Part shown: in pieces, positions 42,501 through 52,816 of the stretch | Numbering within the stretch: position 1 is the first letter of the stretch | How the letters are laid out: each line of letters starts with the position of its first letter | From: Lingula anatina | Taxonomy: Eukaryota > Animalia > Brachiopoda | Assembly (NCBI GenBank): GCA_051362555.1 | Contig: CM120644.1 | Span: 14,344,534-14,408,533 of the forward strand | Length of the DNA: 64,000 nucleotides | Direction: 5' to 3' | Position numbers and translations under genes: made by a program | Notes under the pieces: model-generated | What the model was told of the DNA's origin: nothing | The model's input: the letters and a program-made list of their open reading frames with translations, nothing else | Databases searched by the model: none

Positions 42501-43645
42501 CTATATATAATGAAGAAAAAAAATTTTCATCCCTACCTGGCCAAAATTGAAGAAATCTCACAGTGCCGGCACTGTTCAAAATCACTCAAAATCACCAAAA
42601 ATCGACCCGTCTCCGATTTTTCCAAAAAGTGACGAAAATCAATCTACCACACCTGTCATTCATAAAAAATGTGGAAACGCGCCCGGGTCACTTCATCAAG
42701 GCCCCCAATTCTAGCTTTAAAGATGATCCAAAAATAAGCTCTGAGAACAGAATCTGAGAGGGGGGGGGGAGAGACAGAGTTTTTGCTCTATTTCTTCCTT
42801 AATGTTGACACCACCACTCTTCCAGCACTTTATTCTTACTACAAATGACCGAACACACCTACCTGACACTATATATAATGAAGAAAAAAAATTTTCATCC
42901 CTACCTGGCCAAAATTGAAGAAATCTCACAGTGCCGGCACTGTTCAAAATCACTCAAAATCACCAAAAATCGACCCGTCTCCGATTTTTCCAAAAAGTGA
43001 CGAAAATCAATCTACCACACCTGTCATTCATAAAAAATGTGGAAACGCGCCCGGGTCACTTCATCAAGGCCCCCAATTCTAGCTTTAAAGATGATCCAAA
43101 AATAAGCTCTGAGAACAGAATCTGAGAGGGGGGGGGAGAGACAGAGTTTTTGCTCTATTTCTTCCTTAATGTTGACACCACCACTCTTCCAGCACTTTAT
43201 TCTTACTACAAATGACCGAACACACCTACCTGACACTATATATAATGAAGAAAAAAAATTTTCATCCCTACCTGGCCAAAATTGAAGAAATCTCACAGTG
43301 CCGGCACTGTTCAAAATCACTCAAAATCACCAAAAATCGACCCGTCTCCGATTTTTCCAAAAAGTGACGAAAATCAATCTACCACACCTGTCATTCATAA
43401 AAAATGTGGAAACGCGCCCGGGTCACTTCATCAAGGCCCCCAATTCTAGCTTTAAAGATGATCCAAAAATAAGCTCTGAGAACAGAATCTGAGAGGGGGG
43501 GGGAGAGACAGAGTTTTTGCTCTATTTCTTCCTTAATGTTGACACCACCACTCTTCCAGCACTTTATTCTTACTACAAATGACCGAACACACCTACCTGA
43601 CACTATATATAATGAAGAAAAAAATTTTCATCCCTACCTGGCCAA
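33599..43645. repeat. Continuation of the satellite, ~27 monomers, mostly 367 bp, with higher-order organisation
   Basis: Same monomer; ends abruptly at ...CCTGGCCAA|TCACGGAC (43645/43646). Confidence 0.99.
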
Positions 43646-45026
43646 TCACGGACTGTTATAGACGAATGAAGTTCTGCTTGAAAAATTAGTGATTGTTTCC
43701 AGTTTTTTTCCTGACATTTTTTGTGTGTTACTAGTGGTTAATTTGGTGTCAAGTAGCAGGTTGGGGCCTAAATTGCTTCTTATTTTTGGGCGAGACCTGG
43801 CTCAGTGCTGTACAGTTTCGGACATCTGGCGGAGGGAGCTTACGACTGTGAGCAGTGCAGTGGTTTGTTTACAAACAAGAGAATGCACATGTTAAATTAC
43901 AGTACTGCCGGTATGAAAAGTAACTTTTTGACACTTAAGTTTTGTGGCATTGGGAGTTACTTCAGTGAGTCTGCTGTCTATGAGAATAGGAAATGTTTCA
44001 CCAAAATATTCTGTTCATGCAGTTTTGCAGGAATTTTTTAGTGCGGCCGTCAATATCTCCGCAGCTACAAAGCTGAATGACTTCTCACTGAATGCAGCTC
44101 AATAGAATTAGTCCCAAAAACATCTTTCATAAAATTTATAATTCTACAGAAATAGGGAGATTTTTTGCTCTGTTTAATAATTACATGAAAACTTATGTGG
44201 CGAAGGGAGTCACCGGGGTGTTTTGTCATGGGAATTAAAAAAAATATGCATTTATGCTCCTCTCTGTACAAACCTATGTACTTTTTGGAGTAGAATTGCA
44301 GTAGGCTATTCTGCAAATATGCTCCCGCCGCTTTGCTACTTCGATACTACTGCATTTTCGTGCGGGTAACTAAAAAGAAATATATAATTATTAAAGGTGG
44401 GGGTGCAAATGTGTGTGCCTAGATACACAGCAGCTAAGAAATTCCTTAACCCGGGACATCTGTTATCACCTTGCCTTGGTCAACTACTTAAGGTAAAAAT
44501 GTGCAGACACAAGACCCAAACTACCATCCTACTACCTACTACTAACTAACCAGACTAATTTCCTATAAACAAAACGTTGATGTATTACCAAAAAGTTAAT
44601 ACCACCACTAAAACAAACCATTTGCTACATAAATACAATTAATTATCTTAATTGAAGTTTGGTGGTTTCCGTTGTTATCATGATGTGTCAAACAATCAGT
44701 TTGAAAAAGAAACTGATTGTTGAAGAAATTTGCCCGTAGCTCCTTATTATTAGGCCTCACATTTTAGAATAAATTACATTTATGTGCTAATATTAGGATT
44801 TAAAACAAACTCTAAGTGCAAGAATCACACTGCGACACACCAGTTTGAAACTCTTTCTTTACCAGAACAGTCACCGAGTGGAATGAACGAAGTGACCAAC
44901 AAGTTACTGCTGAAACTGTGGAAGGCTTTAGATCCGGCCTACACCGTCATTTCCCATGCGCTCCCTCTTCCCGTTTATCATATACCAGCATTTTTTTTTT
45001 TTTTTTAAGATACAGATAGGTACCAT

Positions 45027-45095
45027 GTGGCGGATCCAGGGGCGGATCCAGGAATATTTTAAGGGGGCGGGCCGACCCCGCCCCCCCCCCCTCCC
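45027..45095. mobile_element. Partial MITE-like end (GGCGGATCCAG family)
   Basis: TGTGGCGGATCCAGGGGCGGATCCAGG followed by G and C runs; shares the terminal motif of the copies at 54899 and 58586. Confidence 0.4.
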
Positions 45096-45870
45096 TGTAC
45101 AGACAGCTTGTTCAAAATATACTATAAGAGAATGTTTACAACTGCTGATTCCCTGTGTTTACAGATCACGAAATTAATATGCGCCAGCAGGGCCATATCA
45201 CCGTCGTTATTCGGATATTGATTTGTTCTTGATTTGTTTGAGCTTCTTTGTTCAGGCGAGGGTGAGGACCACTGCTAAGTCCATTCCTGATCCCAAATTA
45301 AGCGATATTGAAAACTCTGTTTCTGAGTGAGTGTCTTTTAAATGTGCTTAAATATCTCCAAGAGATCTTATCAAACATATTTATATACAGGTACATGTAT
45401 ATATAAGGGTTGCTTTGCATTCTTTGCATTTGAAAAAGGGCACATACTTTAATAACATTATTACAATAATCTATTTTAATTTTGATAAAACACTTAATCA
45501 AAAACTTTATTGCAAATGTGTTATTTAAACTTTATGGATTAAATGGATTAATCTAAAAATTTAACTAAATGCGTGTTTTGTTTCTATATCAAGTGTACCC
45601 ATGTCCACAAGTAGAAGCGGTGGATGGAAGCAGTGGTTCTGATGTTCTGGTTGTGACCAGTAGGCCTAAACCACAGCAGGGACTTAATTGCTATAAAGCA
45701 GACCGACATACATCTCTAAACAGATGGAACTTATATTGTCTTTCATTAAATAACATAGAGCTTTACATTTAAAGGCAAGACACACTTTGAGAAGGAATAA
45801 GATGAAAATAACATGGGTTGGCATCCTAAAATATAATTTGAGTATGACTTATTACCCTCTATTCCTTTGG

Positions 45871-45874
<4 letters not shown>

Positions 45875-45937
<63 letters not shown>
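45875..45937. repeat. (TA)n microsatellite, ~31 units
   Basis: Pure TA run. Confidence 0.98.
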
Positions 45938-45939
<2 letters not shown>

Positions 45940-46152
45940 ACAAAAGGAACATGAACAATTTTATTTCTTAGAGGGGGGGGGGGGTTACCTATTCAGCTGA
46001 TAGCAGTGAAAATCCATGCCAAGTCTTGTCGATCAATGTAGACCTGTGGTGTCTATAGGAATGTGTCCTAAATCCCACCAAGTGTTGTTTTAGGAATTGT
46101 CGCACCACATATTTATGATGTCCGTGTTTCGATATATCCCATTTATTCATAG

Positions 46153-46810
46153 TTGATGGCAGAATGGACAGCCCAGGACATAGTGCACAATATTGCGCGA
46201 GCATTATTGTTGACTATGAAACAGGGGATGTGTTGGAAGCAGAAGTTGTAAGGAAGAAAGAAACCAAGCTGAGTAGCTCTGTAATGGAGAAGGAAGGGTT
46301 TGTCAGGGCTATGGATTTCCTGAAAAAAAAAAAGGAATCAGTGCAACAGAAGTGGTCAAAGATGCCCTTGTTGCACACTTAAGTACAAAGTGCTGTTTAG
46401 GTCTTACTATAATAATTAGAAAGCAAATTTAGTATGTGAAATGTATCTACATGTATGTGATTATTTAGTTGCAATTCTTGCTATTTTTTTGTTATATCTC
46501 TCTATATATTTAGCTAAATTTTTCTTATTTCAGAAAAAAAAATGAATCGGGATAAAACATTCGTGGGACATTTGGCATGGGGCAAAAATCTTGGAAAGAA
46601 GATAATCACTGTGAGTAGATATGCATGAGAACAACACAAACTATTGCACCATTTTCCATATCTTCAGGTAGAAAAAATAAATGAGTTTTTTCCATCATGG
46701 ACATTTTCCTTTTTAATAGAGTTATGCATTAAGAATTAAATAGCTGTCTTGCAATTTTATCTGGTTGCATGGACCAAAGGCATATTACACTCTCACTTTT
46801 GGGAATGTGA
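46153..46810 (+). pseudogene. Degenerate intron-containing DDE transposase fragment, Kolobok-like
   Basis: DGRMDSPGHSAQYC...KKETKLSSSVMEKEGF follows an AG at 46151-46152. KHSWDIWHGAK(fs)NLGKKI lies between AG (46532-46533) and GTGAGT (46611). WTKGI...HFWEC near 46770-46810. These resemble the DGxxDSPG / HxxDxWH motifs I associate with Kolobok transposases; family not verified. Confidence 0.65.
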
Positions 46811-46875
46811 GCAAGACCACAGATAATATTTGTTGAGATAATTCTGCAGTTTAGTGTTGTGTTTATTTATTTATT

Positions 46876-46930
46876 CACCATTTAGATATTGCTCCGGCAT
46901 CTCAAACTTTTTTAAATCAACGGAAAGAAT

Positions 46931-46967
<37 letters not shown>

Positions 46968-48761
46968 GTACTTTCGTTTGGCCTTTCTTCAGCACCGTTT
47001 ATTTTTACTAAAATACTTAGACGTTTAGTTGGGTATTGGAGAAAAATGGAATCCCCATTGTTGTTTATTTAGATGACGGCATTGTGTCTGAAAATTCTCT
47101 AGAAAAATATATTACATTTAAAACTACATTCTAAAAAAATTAAAATGGATCTGTTTAAAGCAGATTTTGTTTTAAACGCTGAAAAAAGTAAATTAGAACC
47201 AGTCAACAAATTGGAATGGTTGGGGATTATTTGGGACATGGAAGTAAGGGGATTGTTTATTCCCGAAAGAAGGCTTTCTACATGTACTAGTAATACTCTG
47301 TGTCTTTTAGACGAATTGGTTTCAGATTTACCGTATATAACAGCTATAAAATTGGCCAGGGTTACAGGTAAAATTATTTCTGTTTTATTATTATGTCTCC
47401 ATTGATTGGAAATGTATCTAGATAAATAACTAGAGGAAGCATTGGGATTTTAATATTAATATTAAAGACGAATGTCTTGCATTAAAGAATTAATTTTTGG
47501 AAAGACAATTTAGTTTTCTTTTTTTTTTTTTAATGAGAAAAGTCTACGTGTACAAAGCTTGCCTAGTAAGTTAAAAACGGTCTATTCAGATGCCAGAAAA
47601 CCCGGTTTGGGACCATTTGTTTTAAATACGAATAAGTTTTTCATATTTAAAGGGATTTAAAGTAGATGAATAATTGGTCATCTGTTTATAGAATTTAAAA
47701 CTCACTTTCTTCGAAGGAGAGATAAACAGACGATCACTGGATCATTGATATAATGGAGATGGCTTTGTTTATGTATTTCTCAGACCGATTTTGATGAATT
47801 TTTCAGGAACTGTACGAAGTGGGCCAAGGAAGAGATGATTATTTTTTGGTGGTGATCCGGATCAATAATCAATCAAAAATCAATAATAATAAAAAATCGC
47901 TGCCTTGGCGGAGGTCTGCGCTCTAGTTACCAATGGGTTATCGATACAACATGCTGTAATGGAGTTCTGCAACATTGAAGGAAGGAATGGAAGAAATGGC
48001 CATTAGGATCACAATCATTGATCAATGACAGTTAACATGGACATGATTATTGTCCAGGATGAACAGAGATTATGGGAACGATTGCTAGAGTTTTGTTTTC
48101 AAAAATTTTCTTTTTTTCCTTTTTCATGTTTTCTTGATATTGCTATCCTCCAAGACGTGGAGGTTACAAGCAATAAAAGTTTGAAGGCTTTAGCAGATTC
48201 ATTACCAGATGTCATTTTGAAGTCAAGAGCAGACAACACAGTGAGAAAATATTCTTACGGCTTCCAAAAATGGCTTGAACGGTGTAATACGATCGGTGTG
48301 ACCTCTTTCTTTACAGCGAAAGACTCGATTGTTGCTTTTTATCTTCAAAATTTGTCACAAACTTGTAATTATTCTGCTGCGGTTTAGACATCTTTTTACA
48401 CTTTAAAATGGTTTCATGGTACAGCCAACTGTAAGAAAAATCCGAAATTGCGAGTCAAAATTCGTTATTGCAGTGAAGGAAGCATCTCAGAGACGGAAAG
48501 ATCATAGAGTAACAAAAAAGGAACCTGTAACTGCTAAGCACATTTCTAAATTGGTTACTAATTTTATGAGTTCTGAAGTCACTTTGAAGGATCTCCGAGT
48601 ACTTTCCGTTTGTTTGATTTCATATGCTGGATTCTAATGCAGGGACTAAAGACAGACTGTTTAAGAAACACGGTAGATGGCGATCTGAAAACACAAAAGA
48701 CGGTTATGTTAAGGATACTGTCGAAGAAAGATTATTAGTTTCTAAAAATTTGGGAATTTAA
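46876..48761 (+). pseudogene. Degenerate DIRS-order (probably PAT-like) retrotransposon: RT, RNase H and tyrosine recombinase fragments
   Basis: RT: HHLDIAP, VLSFGLSSAPFIFTKILR, GIPIVVYLDDGI (47066-47077), LNAEKSKLEP..LEWLG. RNase H: VYSDA. YR: SRADNTVRKYSYGF, KKEPVT...LISYAGF, then after a deletion DRLFKKHGRWRSENTKDGYVKD...SKNLGI*. Confidence 0.85.
47775..47924 (+). mobile_element. Fragment of a short non-autonomous element (Helentron-associated/CryptonV-type end) inserted in the DIRS relic
   Basis: TTTTGGTGGTGATCCGGATC and a CCTTGGCGGAGGTCTGCGCTCT terminus, motifs recalled from widespread aquatic-animal repeats. It interrupts the DIRS between RNase H and YR. Classification uncertain. Confidence 0.45.
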
Positions 48762-51700
48762 TTTTTTTTACTTGTCTTCCTCTTTTTATGCTATTTCAAA
48801 TGTTTTACTTCAGTTTGGCTTCTGTGGCAAGTTCTACAAGTTTTAATTGTTGCTTTTTATTTATTTGATTCAAGAGTGAAGAGTTTACAAATTATTTATG
48901 AAATTGAATAGATAAATAAGAACATAATATTAATTTGTTTCACATTGCGCTCCTTCACACACACACACCCCCCCTCCCTTGTCTTGGGTACTTTTCCTTC
49001 TCTCTGTAATGTTTACGATCTTTTGTGAATACGACCAGTGTTAAAATAGGTAAATTTATTAGTATCTCTAAAATCTTAAATTGATTACTTCAATAACTTC
49101 CCTTAATCATGGTTATTTTTATTTAACTTTGACCACGGACCCGCAGAATCTTCGAGCGGGCCAGTTTATGTCTATTACTTACAATCGACAGCCAGGGGGG
49201 CGTACAATACAATATATTTCATCCTACGCAAAGCTACTCCCCGAATGTATGAGCATCATCATTTACTTGTTATACCTATCTTCATTGCTATTTTTAGTTT
49301 TTGATTTAATATAAACTAGTTGTCCTAGAAAAATATTATGTATGGTGACAAATAGGTCTACGCGGGTAATAGCCTTGTCACAATAGTAAAATAATATTCC
49401 ATAATTTCGCCGTTCTTTGAGACCAATTTCCACAGCAACTCCTCAAATGTGCCATGCACTGTACCAGTTGTAATTTGCATAAGAAAAAGTCGCGCATCGC
49501 AGTGCAAGCTATGCTCCTGGTTGGTCACTGGATAGCTAGACCCTGTAAGAAGACGACCTGCATTCAGTGGTGGTTGGAAGGGTATCACGTGATACGTCAA
49601 AAGATGCGCACGCACGTCAGTCATTTGACGTTTTGCCGTCGAAGAGTGAACATCGAAAGTGAGCTCCCGGCGACGTCTTCCTGCGTCTTCGTCCAGTAAA
49701 GCGTTGGCGCAACTGTGTGCGATGCATTGTTATTGGGGCATTTGCGTAACGTTACGCCGACTTTGTTTCATTATGTATAAATGTATATAAATATAAATAT
49801 GGATGCTACAAACTAATAATGAAACACTTGAAAAAATGTGCAATTTATGATCAACAAACCGACGAGTAGAGTTGTAAAATGTCACCGTGGCATAGGTATC
49901 ACATCTCTGTCAGTGTGTAGGCCTACTATCCTATATATAGTGACTGTAGCTTGGGCAGAGTAAAATTTGCTGGCAGTGTTGATTTGTTATTGACTTTAAT
50001 TTTTCTGTGTATAATTGATAATTTCTTGTTTGAATAAGAATAATAATTAACTCTAGAAATTAAAATAGTAAATTATGACAAGTTGATAATTCAGATAACT
50101 ATAAGAAAGGGCATGTGACAACGTTTTTTTTTTTTTTTTTTTTTTTTTTTGTGGAAAGTAAGCTTGACCAAAGTTTAAGGCAAAGAAAATGTAAAATGAC
50201 AAAATTATCATAAACAAATGGAAGAACTTTGATATGATTATAAACTTTTTATTTCACATATTTCATAAAAACATAATTAACAGTATATTTTATTTCTTAC
50301 ATTTTTCTTATAAATTTTATAACTCATTTAAATATTCACAAAATATTGAAATAATATAATAATACTTTTTAAATGATTTAAAAGGGTGACAACCTACAAA
50401 TACATACATAGCACAGGCAAGACTGAAATCCTGATAGAATTCAGATTACTTTAAATTCGTATTGGTCAGATTTTAATATCACTTTTTTAAAACTATAAAA
50501 TATGCCTTGAATTTCAAGTTAGTTTGCCAGATGCGAACATTACTCAGAGTGAGAAATCATGGTAAATGCATATAATAAGAGACAGAAAATGTAATGTATT
50601 ATCAACATTTACAAATCCTCATATCTGACAGAAATCACAATAAACGAAGTTTTTTCAAGATCTGCAGTATTTAATTTTCTCCAAGTTCATGAGACTTACT
50701 ACTCACTTTACTTAATTAATCAAAACTTAACTTACAAAAGATGAGGGGAATTCTCTATGCAGATAATACAATATTTGATATTGTGACAAACTACTAATTT
50801 AACATTTGATGACTGAGTAATTAAAAAGCAATCATGTTTATTACAATGTCACACTCCATGAAGGCACAGATTTTGGAAATAACAAACATCATTCCTGTTA
50901 TCTCAAGTCTCTAATTTCAGCTACAATCCATAGGCGGTATCCCATTATGAGGTTAAAAGCTGTTTCCATTCCCTGAAATTAAAAAGCAGTAAATGTTTTA
51001 TATTTGATATTATTATTATTTAACTGGATAAGGCTTCAACTTTTTAGGTAACCTGTTACCATTATACTTAAATATGATTTCAATTTTCATGATAGTAAGA
51101 TTAAAATGAAAGTTTAGGCAAAACAAACACAGAACATGTTTTTGTCAATGTTAACGAAATAGATGAGCAATGGAAACATAAGTCACAAGTTTACAACTAT
51201 GGTATTCCGATGAATTACTTCTCACCTTTATAGTGCACAGCATTTCAAAAATAAAAATTGTAGTCCATGCTGAAAAAGATATGAGACTATCATCAGTATT
51301 TAAAAAAAAATGTTTATTTGATATGTACTTGAGCCAATTACTGTATGTGGCATAAAAGAGTGCTATTATATGGAGCTACAGTTGAGATATAATAGGCTCT
51401 TGTACATCATACACAGTGAATGACAAGTAGTTGTAACTGACTAATACCATGACTAGCCCTTCAACAGTTGTAGGAATGTGCTTGTATAGTGATCAGATTG
51501 CACATTATGCTTTAAAATACAGACAAGCATGTAAGTGATATACAAGCAATTATGCTGTTGTTATAAATGCTGGCCGTGGGATAACCAAAACAGTACTTTG
51601 GCATGCACTATATACAGCCTATAATTCTCAAGATCCTGGGGTGCCATTGGGTGCCATAGGCTCTTTTTGCTAACCAATATCTAAGCAACATTTCTGACAA

Positions 51701-52014
51701 TTTTTAAAGAAATTGTCCGATTGCTTTTTCAGATATTTGATTTGAAAGACGGGGTCTGCGTGATCCAAAATTCACTCAAACAAAAATGGCCGTAATTTGC
51801 CATGGCACTGCATTGTCTATATATCCCAAGACCCAGGGGCGCTGTCAGTTGCAGGCTACATATTATGTAAAAAGGTACACGAAAAACGTCAGATTAAGAT
51901 TTGGAAAAAATTCTACCGTTTACTTTGTCAGATATATGCTTTTTAATGAGGGAGTTTAACATTATAAAGACGCATTCCTACAAAAATGGTGTAGTGCCAG
52001 GGGCAGGTAGAACC

Positions 52015-52092
52015 GGCCGGATAGCTCAGTAGGTAGGTAAGAGCACTCGCCCTGTAAGCGAGGGGTCCCGGGTTCGATTCCTGGTCTGGCTG
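52015..52092 (+). ncRNA. tRNA-like cloverleaf (Thr-TGT-like) within TRIM 5' LTR; Pol III A/B boxes
   Basis: Acceptor GGCCGGA/TCTGGCT; D stem GCTC/GAGC (D loop has a 4-nt duplication); anticodon stem CTCGC/GCGAG with loop CCTGTAA; T arm CCGGG-TTCGATT-CCTGG; T5 at 52097-52101. Confidence 0.8.
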
Positions 52093-52126
52093 GTGATTTT
52101 TCTGCACTCACCCCAAATCGCTACAA

Positions 52127-52140
52127 TGGTGGCAGCGGTG
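52127..52140 (+). other. Primer-binding site complementary to tRNA-Leu 3' end
   Basis: TGGTGGCAGCGGTG, 1 nt after LTR1, is the reverse complement of ...CACCGCTGCCACCA, the 3' end of animal tRNA-Leu(AAG/TAG). Confidence 0.85.
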
Positions 52141-52172
52141 TTGCGAGATAGGGCTCGCGTCTTTCGGCATTT

Positions 52173-52184
52173 GGGGGGGAGGAG
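52173..52184 (+). other. Polypurine tract of TRIM
   Basis: GGGGGGGAGGAG directly abutting TGTAG of LTR2. Confidence 0.9.
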
Positions 52185-52209
52185 TGTAGTGCCAGGGGCA
52201 GGTAGAACC

Positions 52210-52283
52210 GGCCGGGTAGCTCAGTAGGTAAGAGCACTCGCCCTGTAAGCGAGGGGTCCCGGGTTCGATTCCTGGCCTGGCTG
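52210..52283 (+). ncRNA. tRNA-like cloverleaf (Thr-TGT-like) within TRIM 3' LTR
   Basis: Acceptor GGCCGGG/CCTGGCT, TAGCTCAGTAGG A box, GGTTCGATTCC B box, anticodon TGT with C33; followed by TTTTT. Confidence 0.8.
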
Positions 52284-52816
52284 GTGATTTTTCTGCACTC
52301 ACCCCAAATCGCTACAATGGTCGTAATTGGGTATGAAGGATTATACCGTCTATAACTCCAAAGATCCAGGGGTGCCATCGGGTGCCATCGGCACTTTTTG
52401 TCAACAAATAAATGAGCAACATTACTGAAAAGTTGGAAAAAAATCGTCCCAGTGCTTTTCGAGATATTTCACTTGAAAGAAGGCTTGTGGTGTGAAAACT
52501 TCAGTTTACAATTGTCAAACTACATATGAAGCTATGCCTAGTTTAAATTGTCATAAAAACATAAACAGACCAAACACTTGAAAATCATTCACATGAGTTA
52601 AGTTGAGATGGTACTGATCGTTGTAAATAGTAAAATGCTTTTAAAATACCCACCAAATTTATGTGCATGCCTCCTAAATAAACAATCCTCCCGGTGCGTT
52701 GAACGTGCCATTTTGTTTACCTATAACGGAGTGTAAAATTCCTGCTTTTTTCATTGGCTCCCGAAAATCACGTGATACCCTTCCACCCACCACTTACCTG
52801 CATTGAAAGTTTTCAA

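Larger units (their letters stand above)
51990..52316 (+). mobile_element. TRIM (miniature LTR retrotransposon, 327 bp) with tRNA-derived LTRs, Helenus/TRIMp3-like
   Basis: LTR1 51990-52125 and LTR2 52185-52316, both TGTAG...CTACA. PBS 52127-52140, PPT 52173-52184, ATGG TSD at 51986-51989 and 52317-52320. Confidence 0.93.
51590..52490. repeat. Old diverged ~200-bp tandem repeat (about 3 units), interrupted by the TRIM
   Basis: AAGA(T/C)CC(T/A)GGGG recurs at ~51630, ~51828 and ~52361. CAAAAATGG(C/T)CGTAATT occurs at 51781 and at 51981 (split by the insertion). AGATAT motifs recur in register. Confidence 0.7.
49565..52795. mobile_element. Non-autonomous DNA transposon, 3231 bp, 29-bp TIRs, 9-bp TSD
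   Basis: Left CAGTGGTGGTTGGAAGGGTATCACGTGAT (49565-49593) matches the reverse complement of 52767-52795 at 27/29. ACCTGCATT directly flanks both ends (49556-49564, 52796-52804). No transposase ORF inside. Confidence 0.85.

Noticed and set aside
23-43603. Hundreds of repeated 60-98 aa ORFs (MPALFK..., MLTPPL..., MSGRCV..., MILNSA...) as a tandem gene array
   Set aside because: Overlapping frames on both strands, often GTG starts, no recognisable domain, and freely made or broken by G-run and TATA indels: by-products of the satellite.
43646-43665. TCACGGACTGTTATAGAC as the left TIR of one giant element spanning the island
   Set aside because: No matching inverted copy or TSD found near 61330 or elsewhere in the window.
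52015-52283. Two genuine tandem tRNA-Thr genes or a SINE dimer
   Set aside because: Embedded in TG...CA direct repeats with PBS, PPT and TSD; atypical C33 and G1-U72; no A-rich or simple-repeat SINE tail.
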